A stretch of 64,000 bases of DNA from positions 78,902 through 142,901 of IMG/VR virus record IMGVR_UViG_3300028392_000036. The stretch is one strand, 5' to 3'. Both the position numbers and the translations under genes were made by a program. The notes beneath the pieces were generated by a model, which saw only the letters and a list, made by a program, of their open reading frames with translations, was not told the DNA's origin and did no database searches. Source of the stretch: a virus. This document shows, one piece after another, positions 56,932 to 64,000 of this stretch (positions are counted from its first letter, which is position 1; the number at the start of each line of letters is the position of its first letter).

Positions 56932-58739
56932 TGAAGATAAACGACGTACTAGTAGAATTTGCACCCGCAGGTGGCGGAGGTTCAGGCAACTACTTTCAAG
57001 CCTTGGCCTCGGCCTGGTACAATGGTACCTTTGACACAGGCAGCCTGCAAAAAGGCATCAAGAGTCAAGAAGACGTGGAACGCTTGTTGAATCGCGGCAT
57101 TGTGTGCCCAGACGGCAAGACTCGTAAACTGCATATTGATTACAACTCAGACTTTGACGGTGTGGAAATCTACAGTGATGACTACTATGAATACGGTGAT
57201 CACGATGACACCATAGACAGTCGCACAGGCCAAAAATGGGGGCCATATGACTTTATGGCATTCTCAGATGATGAATTAAGCGAAGGTATTAATGAAAAGT
57301 TGGGTGCCAACAGACCCAGTCTAGGCAACCGACGCGATCAATTCCGGAACCTGCACAAGATGCGTAAACAACGTGGGCTAAATGAATTCTCAGCCGATGG
57401 TGGCGACAGTGGTGGCGACAGTGGTGGCGAAGACGATGCACTACGCAAATACGCTCAAATGTGGTGGACCGGAGACGAAGCAACGCAAATGCAAATTGAA
57501 GCCGCACTGGCCCGTATGGGCTGGGAAATCGGTGAGGACGAAGGCGGCTACGACAACGGCGGTGTGTTTGTGGTACGTGCTGGCGATGAAAATGGCAAAA
57601 GTTATACATCATGGCCCGCAGAAGATTTGTCAGAAGGTGTGGCGGAAGGCTCGTTAGATGAAAAGTCAACAAGCCAGGCACAGTTCCGCACAATGGCGGC
57701 AGCCGCACACAATCCTGAATTTGCTCGTAAAGTAGGCATCAAACAGAGTGTGGCACGAGAGTTTAATCAGGCCGATCGAGGGCAAGACTACAAGTCATTG
57801 CCAAAAAAGGCCACCGAAGGCGCTCCGGTCACAGCAACTCCGGGATCCATTGAATCCGGTGGAGCGGTGGACAATTTCAAACAACAAATGACCAACAATA
57901 CTGAAATTGCTTACAAAAAAGGCATGGCGGAAGCCGCTTTTATGCACAGCGGACAAAGTGCTCCATTCAGTGGTGTTGGTGGCACTGCAAAATACGGGTA
58001 TGGCCTAAACGATATACGAAATGCAAGGGCAAAAAAACCAGAAATTGATGCCAATCTGAGAAAATTTAAAGCATGGATCAACGGTGGCCCAAAGCCAGTA
58101 GATATAAATGATGTAATTCAATCTGTTGAAGTATATTTTACAAATATCAAACCGCCGTCAGATGCTAGAGTTTCAACGGCATTTAATCAAATATTAAATT
58201 CACAAGGCCAAGGTTGGGTCGCTAATAAAAATCAAGCCATGCTATTAAATCCATCATTAGACGCAGCCATTAGAGAACCATTGCCCAATCAACGTGCTGG
58301 AAATAATCAAAACGCAGATGGGTACCCTATCGCTCCTTCAAGGCCAATGGCTGGACAAGCGGCACAACCAGCACAAGCGGCACAACCAGCACAACCAGCA
58401 CAAGCGGCACAACCAGCACAACCAGCACAAGCGACATCAGCACAAGCACCAGCGGCAGCGGCAAATTCAGCAAATCCTGTAGGTAAGAAATTTAATACTG
58501 CAAATGCTACAACTGTTACTCCGAAACCAATAACAAGACCAGCATTACCAATGCGAGAACAAGATACTGTAGAAAGCAAAAGCAAGCCCGCAGAAAAAGA
58601 AGCCGACTATGGTGATGATTATCAGCAAATGGTTTTGCGCTTGAAAAAACTGGCCGGTGCAGGTCCATTAAAGACTGTGTACGATCCGCAAAAGCGTGTG
58701 TATCGAAACATGCCCACAGCACAACAGCCCAAAAAATGA
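56931..58739 (+). CDS. Modular putative virion-internal polyprotein
   Basis: MKINDVLVE leader; unrelated blocks joined at LSE/INE/LNE/VAE/LDE/ATE/MAE. Confidence 0.7.
   Translation: MKINDVLVEFAPAGGGGSGNYFQALASAWYNGTFDTGSLQKGIKSQEDVERLLNRGIVCPDGKTRKLHIDYNSDFDGVEIYSDDYYEYGDHDDTIDSRTGQKWGPYDFMAFSDDELSEGINEKLGANRPSLGNRRDQFRNLHKMRKQRGLNEFSADGGDSGGDSGGEDDALRKYAQMWWTGDEATQMQIEAALARMGWEIGEDEGGYDNGGVFVVRAGDENGKSYTSWPAEDLSEGVAEGSLDEKSTSQAQFRTMAAAAHNPEFARKVGIKQSVAREFNQADRGQDYKSLPKKATEGAPVTATPGSIESGGAVDNFKQQMTNNTEIAYKKGMAEAAFMHSGQSAPFSGVGGTAKYGYGLNDIRNARAKKPEIDANLRKFKAWINGGPKPVDINDVIQSVEVYFTNIKPPSDARVSTAFNQILNSQGQGWVANKNQAMLLNPSLDAAIREPLPNQRAGNNQNADGYPIAPSRPMAGQAAQPAQAAQPAQPAQAAQPAQPAQATSAQAPAAAANSANPVGKKFNTANATTVTPKPITRPALPMREQDTVESKSKPAEKEADYGDDYQQMVLRLKKLAGAGPLKTVYDPQKRVYRNMPTAQQPKK
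58355..58433 (+). repeat. 9-nt tandem repeat (AQP/AQA)
   Basis: GCACAACCA and GCACAAGCG units. Confidence 0.9.
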
Positions 58740-58903
58740 CAAGACGCACAGCAAACGGTCGACCAGTTCCTGTGCTACAAGGCTCAGCAGGACCTGTAGC
58801 ACCCAACCCACATGTACCACCACCCATGCCCGCACAGCAGGCAATGACACGATTACCACAGCCTGTGATCAACATGGGACTGGGCCTGAAACTAAACCCA
58901 TGA
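58736..58903 (+). CDS. Pro-rich small protein, 55 aa (not in ORF track)
   Basis: MTRRTANGRPVPVL...; ATGA overlaps at both ends. Confidence 0.5.
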   Translation: MTRRTANGRPVPVLQGSAGPVAPNPHVPPPMPAQQAMTRLPQPVINMGLGLKLNP

Positions 58904-59103
58904 GAGCTAACGAATTCGTCACTGAGAAAAAGCGCATGAAGCGACTGAAAGAACTTACTTTTATGGGCCTGAGTCCTTGCACCAAAGACTGTTCAGGACA
59001 CCGTGCAGGCTACCGATGGTCAAAAGCACGTGGTGGTGTTAGCACAGCAAGCCCAAGCAACAGTTTTAACCGGGGTGCTGAAATAGCCAAGGCTGGCTAC
59101 TAA
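58900..59103 (+). CDS. Small protein with capsid-targeting-like leader
   Basis: MRANEFVTE; CTKDCSGHRAGY.W...SNSF..G. Confidence 0.7.
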   Translation: MRANEFVTEKKRMKRLKELTFMGLSPCTKDCSGHRAGYRWSKARGGVSTASPSNSFNRGAEIAKAGY

Positions 59104-59819
59104 TTTTTCGTATAAACAAAATACAATCTATCATTGGCATCCTTTTTGTAGGTGTCTAAATGCAAGTTGTATTTCATTTCAAATTCTTTAACTACTTCAA
59201 AAGTCCAATTAAAAATGTCCACATACGGCCCTGTTCGGTGTGTGATTCCAGGATTGGCACGTAGATAAAACTTACCACCTGTGTCTAGTATATCCACACA
59301 TTTTTTAAAACGACTTTCTATTTCGTCGCGGCTATTAAAGTTAATTGATCCTAGTGCAATGATAACATCGTGACTGCCAACATAATCAAGTATATCAACC
59401 ATGTAGTCGGCACAATTATTGTAAGGATCAATACCAACCAAGTTACGGATTCGTCCTTTAAAGGGGTGATACCCACATCCAACATCAAGTACGCTACGAG
59501 GATTAACAGCGTTAATCTCGTCAGCAAGTTGCCAACCAGTGTAGTCATAGTCTCCGGTCCTGGGTTTCCAGATTTCTCCAAAGAAGCGATTGATATAACG
59601 CTCACTCAAGTCGTCTGTGATATATTTAAGCGAGCCCACGTAATCGCAGGGAAGGCTTAGTTCTGCTTCCACAGCATCTTTGAACTTTCTATAGCGAGCA
59701 GGCGTCCAGGGCAAGTCCTGTACTTGTGTATCAGCCGTGATAGAAATATCAGCATACTTGGGCAAATTAAACGCAGAGTGCAAATTTTTTTGTAAAAGGT
59801 TAAAAATTTTGGTGTTCAT
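59100..59819 (-). CDS. Class I SAM-dependent methyltransferase
   Basis: VLDVGCG, GIDP, LGSINF. Confidence 0.85.
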   Translation of the reverse strand: MNTKIFNLLQKNLHSAFNLPKYADISITADTQVQDLPWTPARYRKFKDAVEAELSLPCDYVGSLKYITDDLSERYINRFFGEIWKPRTGDYDYTGWQLADEINAVNPRSVLDVGCGYHPFKGRIRNLVGIDPYNNCADYMVDILDYVGSHDVIIALGSINFNSRDEIESRFKKCVDILDTGGKFYLRANPGITHRTGPYVDIFNWTFEVVKEFEMKYNLHLDTYKKDANDRLYFVYTKN

Positions 59820-59870
59820 AAAAAATTTTGATATATAAGTTAGATTTTCAACAGTATTTAAGGAGTTTAC

Positions 59871-60848
59871 ATGTCAATCAAAAAATTATTAATTGCCGCA
59901 TTGCTAGTGCCTGTGTTAGCATTTGCCTGGGAGCCTGCTAAACCTGTCACAGTTGTTATTGGCAACACACCCGGGGCTGGAAATGAAATGGCCTTTAGAA
60001 AACTTGCAGAAATTGTGCAGAAACGGAATCCCAATTTTGTGTATGTTGTGCAAAACATTCCTGGTGCCGATTCAGTTGTTGCCAACAACAAGTTTTTAGA
60101 AGCAGCCGCAGATGGCTTGACCATTAATTTGCCCAGCCACATGAGTTCATATGTAACAAATGATATCTGGGAAAAGTCAATAAAGAAATACAACTACGAC
60201 TCATTTGTTGATGTGCTAACAATGGGTAAAAGTCCTTTAGCACTAGTAGCGTCAGTCAAAAGCGGAATTGAAACCCCACAAGACTTTGTGAAGTACATAC
60301 AGTCCGGCAAAACAATCAACGTGGCCATTGGCGGCGGCGCACACCGTACTGCTTTTGAATACTTGATGGATCGAGCCCGTGGCAATCGAGACGCTGTTCG
60401 ATCCATCAAGTTCAATGGCCCTGTTCCTGCTGTGCAAAGCGTGGGCCAATGGGATGGCAAGACCGGCACTGAATTTGGTATCATGCCCATTGCTGTGGCC
60501 AAAAGCCTGATAGATGCAGGCCGGGTCAAACCTATTGGATTCACAGGCACAAGAAAGATGCCACAGTTTCCCAACGTTCCGTTGCTAAACACTGTGGCGC
60601 CAGGCATAAACGTATATGCCGCGTGGTCAATTCAATTGCCCCCAGGTACCGGCAAGGACATTACGGAATGGTATCAACGTGAATTTTCAGCCGCTGTACG
60701 TTCAACAGAATATCGAGAATACACAGATGCCAATGTTATCTTTTATGCTGAAGATGAATTGACTCCTGCAGGACTAAAGCGGCACATGGAAGAATTACGT
60801 GCCGCCTTTTTACCTGTGCTGAGCAAGATTGATTTAAGTAAAGAATGA
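59871..60848 (+). CDS. Tripartite tricarboxylate transporter substrate-binding protein (TctC/Bug)
   Basis: Signal peptide; P.KPVTVVI..TPGAG, NIPGA, R.PQFPNVP. Confidence 0.88.
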   Translation: MSIKKLLIAALLVPVLAFAWEPAKPVTVVIGNTPGAGNEMAFRKLAEIVQKRNPNFVYVVQNIPGADSVVANNKFLEAAADGLTINLPSHMSSYVTNDIWEKSIKKYNYDSFVDVLTMGKSPLALVASVKSGIETPQDFVKYIQSGKTINVAIGGGAHRTAFEYLMDRARGNRDAVRSIKFNGPVPAVQSVGQWDGKTGTEFGIMPIAVAKSLIDAGRVKPIGFTGTRKMPQFPNVPLLNTVAPGINVYAAWSIQLPPGTGKDITEWYQREFSAAVRSTEYREYTDANVIFYAEDELTPAGLKRHMEELRAAFLPVLSKIDLSKE

Positions 60849-61513
60849 AATATATCTTTGATATGAAATCAAATTGGGAAACGAGTCGAGCACGTAGCAC
60901 ATATCATTTTAATTCCAAGCAAATTGATCAGCCTGCTGAAGTAATGACATACTTGGGACACATAGAACCCACGTGGTTGGCAGATTTAAATGACGTAATT
61001 GCCACGGCACGGCCAGCAACCTGGGCCACACGAGGCTACAAAGGCGAGGGCATTGAAGCACCACCAGAAGAATTGGCTGCGGAAGAATATGATTTAACAA
61101 GTCACGGCATGAGTCCGGACTTGTCTATCTCGCATTTAAACTGGCGCTTGCCCGAGAGTCTGCGACGCATTAGTGATGCATTTGCTCTGGCAGACTGTAT
61201 GGATCGCATACACGTACAACAGCCCGGACAAGTGTGGAACTTGCACATAGACAAGTTATACAAATGGGATCCAGACCACCCCGAACAGGTCATGCGAATA
61301 ATGATACAACTTACAGACTGGCAACCCGGGCAGTTCTGGAGTTACGGCAACTACAACTACAGCCAATGGCGTGCCGGCGATGTCACTACATTTGACTGGG
61401 CCAATGTCCCGCACTCTACTGCCAATGCTGGATTTGAACCCAGGGCAACATTACAATTAACCGGCATACGAACTGCCGCAACCATGGACTACCTAGCGGC
61501 AATACCCCGATGA
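60845..61513 (+). CDS. 2OG-Fe(II)/cupin oxygenase (Asp/Asn beta-hydroxylase-like)
   Basis: QQPGQVWNLHID, WRAGD, PHSTAN...R.TLQ. Confidence 0.75.
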   Translation: MKYIFDMKSNWETSRARSTYHFNSKQIDQPAEVMTYLGHIEPTWLADLNDVIATARPATWATRGYKGEGIEAPPEELAAEEYDLTSHGMSPDLSISHLNWRLPESLRRISDAFALADCMDRIHVQQPGQVWNLHIDKLYKWDPDHPEQVMRIMIQLTDWQPGQFWSYGNYNYSQWRAGDVTTFDWANVPHSTANAGFEPRATLQLTGIRTAATMDYLAAIPR

Positions 61514-62130
61514 AAACAATCTTAATCTTAACAGGGCCGCAAGGCTCGGGCAATCATTTATGGTCAAAAATATTTGCGCTACATCCGCAGGTTTGGGGTT
61601 GGTCAGCACTGTTAAATGATTACTGGATAGGGCACGATCAAGAGCCATTTGCCCAGTACTGGCAGGATCCAGAACAGTTAAAATACTTTAAATGGGCGCA
61701 AAGCGACTGGTATGTGACTTCAATGAGTGTGCCTTATATGAATAATGGTGAACCCACTGTGCCTGATTTTAAATCATTTGTGACTAGATTACAAGTGTCA
61801 GGCCTACGTGTGAAGTTTGCTGTGCTGGGACGGGACAGAAACATTGTCCAAATGCAACAAACCCGTGTGCGTGGCGCACCCACCCTGGCCACAGCACTGT
61901 CAGAGTTTGATCAATTGGCTGCCCCTGTGTATTTGAGTTATGAAATGTTGCATCTTTATGGCACAAAGTATCTAGAAAACGTACAACAACAATTGGCCTT
62001 TCCTATTGCTGTCAACGACGCTAGATTAACGGATATACTAGCAACAGACGCAAATGCCAAGTATTTTCAACCCATCAAGCATCATGCCACAGATGATCTT
62101 GCACGTCACACTTCAAGGAAACACCGATGA
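61510..62130 (+). CDS. Sulfotransferase-like P-loop protein
   Basis: ILTGPQGSGNHLW, GRD, LSYE. Confidence 0.55.
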   Translation: MKTILILTGPQGSGNHLWSKIFALHPQVWGWSALLNDYWIGHDQEPFAQYWQDPEQLKYFKWAQSDWYVTSMSVPYMNNGEPTVPDFKSFVTRLQVSGLRVKFAVLGRDRNIVQMQQTRVRGAPTLATALSEFDQLAAPVYLSYEMLHLYGTKYLENVQQQLAFPIAVNDARLTDILATDANAKYFQPIKHHATDDLARHTSRKHR

Positions 62131-62969
62131 AACAACCACAACGTATATTGATAATGGGCCTGCCAGGCTCGGGCAAAACCTATCTTGCTGAAAGATTAAA
62201 ACGCTATTTAGAAGCACACATGAATCCCATCAATGAGCATAGTCTTAGACCCATTGCTGATGCACAAGTCACAGTGGCTTGGCTCAATGCCGACGAAGTT
62301 CGCAAACACTACAATGACTGGGACTTCTCTGTAGAAGGTCGCATTAGACAAAGTAAACGCATGCGAGACCTAGCTGATGAAGCCAACACTGACTATTGTA
62401 TTGTGGACTTTGTTGCTCCCCTGGTTGAAATGCGCAACAACTTCAAAGCGGACTGGTGCATCTGGGTAGACACAATTGATCGGGGTCGCTTTGAAGACAC
62501 AAATCGAGCATTTGTTCCTCCCGAAGTGTATGACTTCCGCATTACAGAACAAAACGCGGAGAAATGGGCAGAGTTCATTGGACAACACATTGTTGACAAT
62601 CAGCGTAGACCTACCTTCAACTGGCAGAAAGAAACTGTTCAAATGTTAGGAAGATGGCAACCCTGGCATGAGGGCCATCGTGCGTTGTTTGAACGTGCTA
62701 TTGCAAAAACAGGACAAGTTGTGATACAAATACGCGACTGTCAGGGCTGGCAAGGAACTAATCCTTTTGCTATAGAGCAAGTGAAACATTATATACGCAG
62801 AGATCTAGACCCCATTTATCAAGGCCAATATGAAATACAAGTTGTTCCTAATATTGTTAATATCACTTATGGTCGCGACGTGGGCTATCGAATCGAGCAA
62901 GAGTCCTTTGACGACGCGATTACCGATATCTCTGCGACCAAGATAAGAAAGTCAATGGGATTAGAATAA
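62127..62969 (+). CDS. Adenylylsulfate kinase (CysC-like) fused to an HxGH nucleotidyltransferase
   Basis: GLPGSGKT, NADEVR, DFS.EGR, FVAP; GRWQPWHEGH, ISATKIR. Confidence 0.85.
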   Translation: MKQPQRILIMGLPGSGKTYLAERLKRYLEAHMNPINEHSLRPIADAQVTVAWLNADEVRKHYNDWDFSVEGRIRQSKRMRDLADEANTDYCIVDFVAPLVEMRNNFKADWCIWVDTIDRGRFEDTNRAFVPPEVYDFRITEQNAEKWAEFIGQHIVDNQRRPTFNWQKETVQMLGRWQPWHEGHRALFERAIAKTGQVVIQIRDCQGWQGTNPFAIEQVKHYIRRDLDPIYQGQYEIQVVPNIVNITYGRDVGYRIEQESFDDAITDISATKIRKSMGLE

Positions 62970-62996
62970 GATAATTCCACGCTAAATATTAGCACT

Positions 62997-63440
62997 ATGT
63001 GGATCTTACACTTTCTTCCTGACAGCATTATTCTTGCATTCTGTAACACTCTGTTATTCGCGGGCATTTTAGCCACCGCGGCAGGCTTTGTTGCGCATCG
63101 TATCCCAGGATTGTGGTCATATCAATTGGGTTTTAAACTGGGTGGTATTGCATTGCTAGTACTAGGCGTGTACTTTCGCGGTGGACTGGCTGTGGAAGAA
63201 ACCTGGCGTGAGCGTGTGGCTGCTGTAGAAGCAAGACTTGCTCAGGCTGAAAAGGCTTCAGCAGATGCCAATACAAAAATAGACACAAAGTCACAAAAGA
63301 AAACAACGCAACTACGCGAACGCACCACATACATCCGACAGTATGTGGACCGTGAAGTTGTCAAGTACGATAACACTTGTACAATTCCTGAACCATTTAT
63401 TCGGGCGCATAATGACGCCGCGGAGGCACCTAAAAAATGA
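62997..63440 (+). CDS. Rz-like inner-membrane spanin candidate
   Basis: N-terminal TMs, coiled coil, C-terminal C.IP..F...HN.AA. Confidence 0.65.
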   Translation: MWILHFLPDSIILAFCNTLLFAGILATAAGFVAHRIPGLWSYQLGFKLGGIALLVLGVYFRGGLAVEETWRERVAAVEARLAQAEKASADANTKIDTKSQKKTTQLRERTTYIRQYVDREVVKYDNTCTIPEPFIRAHNDAAEAPKK

Positions 63441-64000
63441 AAATAAATGATATTTTAAATGAACAGTGGAGTCAAAAATACAAGAGCAGTATCAACTGCT
63501 CACACCCCAAAGGGTTTAGTCAACGAGCACATTGTGCCGGCAAAAAGAAACACAACGAAAGTGTTGAAATGGAAATGGTCTGCGAAGACTGTGGCATGTG
63601 TGAAACACACGGTAATGTAATGGAGATTCGGAAGGGTCAGAAAGACTCAAACGGATATACACGTTGTTGGCCGGGCAAACACGCCGAAGGCACCAAAAAA
63701 GGCAAGAATGGTGGACAGGTGCGTAACTGTGTGCCCAATGAAAGCGTTAACGAAGATGGCAAGCGATGCATGCAATGCGGTATGATCAATTGCAAGTGCC
63801 CTGGCGATAGTTGCAAGTGCAAGCCGGTCAAGGGTTGGGTGCCTGGCAAAGGATTCCGCAAAGCCATGGACGATGCTGCCAGTCGAGAACTGGCTGAAGA
63901 GTTTGATCTAATAGAAAACATCATTGAAGGTATTGCCGCACAAAATGGTGTAGACGCCGAAGCAGTATGGGCGGACCTAGAAAGTCTCACAGAAGATGAA
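63437..64000 (+). CDS. Modular Cys-rich putative virion-internal polyprotein (runs off the window; not in ORF track)
   Basis: Own translation MKINDILNE-QWSQKYKSSINCSHPKGFSQRAHC...CWPGK...RNCVPNE-SVNE-DGKRCMQC... Confidence 0.8.
   Translation, partial: MKINDILNEQWSQKYKSSINCSHPKGFSQRAHCAGKKKHNESVEMEMVCEDCGMCETHGNVMEIRKGQKDSNGYTRCWPGKHAEGTKKGKNGGQVRNCVPNESVNEDGKRCMQCGMINCKCPGDSCKCKPVKGWVPGKGFRKAMDDAASRELAEEFDLIENIIEGIAAQNGVDAEAVWADLESLTEDE

Noticed and set aside
58696-58899. N-terminal extension of the 135-aa track ORF
   Set aside because: Two ATGA-coupled ORFs (58736-58903 and 58900-59103) fit better
1-64000. Stop-codon reassignment
   Set aside because: Conserved genes are intact in code 11, and TAA, TGA and TAG all end genes

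Overview
This window is a gene-dense segment (standard genetic code) of a large T4-like or jumbo tailed phage, probably infecting a Gram-negative host (Betaproteobacteria is an inference). Hallmarks are baseplate and tail-fibre genes (38.6-45.2 kb, 51.5-55.7 kb, 14-16.3 kb), a clamp loader, GroES, a stand-alone DnaE fragment, PhoH and two ClpP genes. Host-like auxiliary genes include yhhQ, nadE, infA, Fe/Mn SOD, erpA, a PBP7-like peptidase, SleB, DctP and TctC. Modification enzymes include two radical SAMs, a GT4, an oxygenase, sulfotransferase-like proteins, an APS kinase fusion and two DNA methyltransferases. Two promoter classes are visible: sigma70-type TTGAC-N17-TATAAT (early) and TAA(A/G)TA (late, T4 gp55-like). 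No tRNA, rRNA, CRISPR array, integrase or transposase was seen. The most striking unexplained structure is a set of at least eight late proteins with T4-internal-protein-like N-terminal leaders ending in a hydrophobic-x-E protease site. Their cargo includes a methyltransferase, a nuclease-like protein, SOD, and a protein whose cleavage would expose a perfect Tat signal. Two of them look like modular polyproteins with x-x-E junctions. Also notable are a recurring GTAATAC-N4-GTANTAC operator, duplicated promoter-leader cassettes, frequent leaderless genes, and a possible hydroxylate-then-sulfate operon. All product calls come from motif recognition by eye; no database searches were run.
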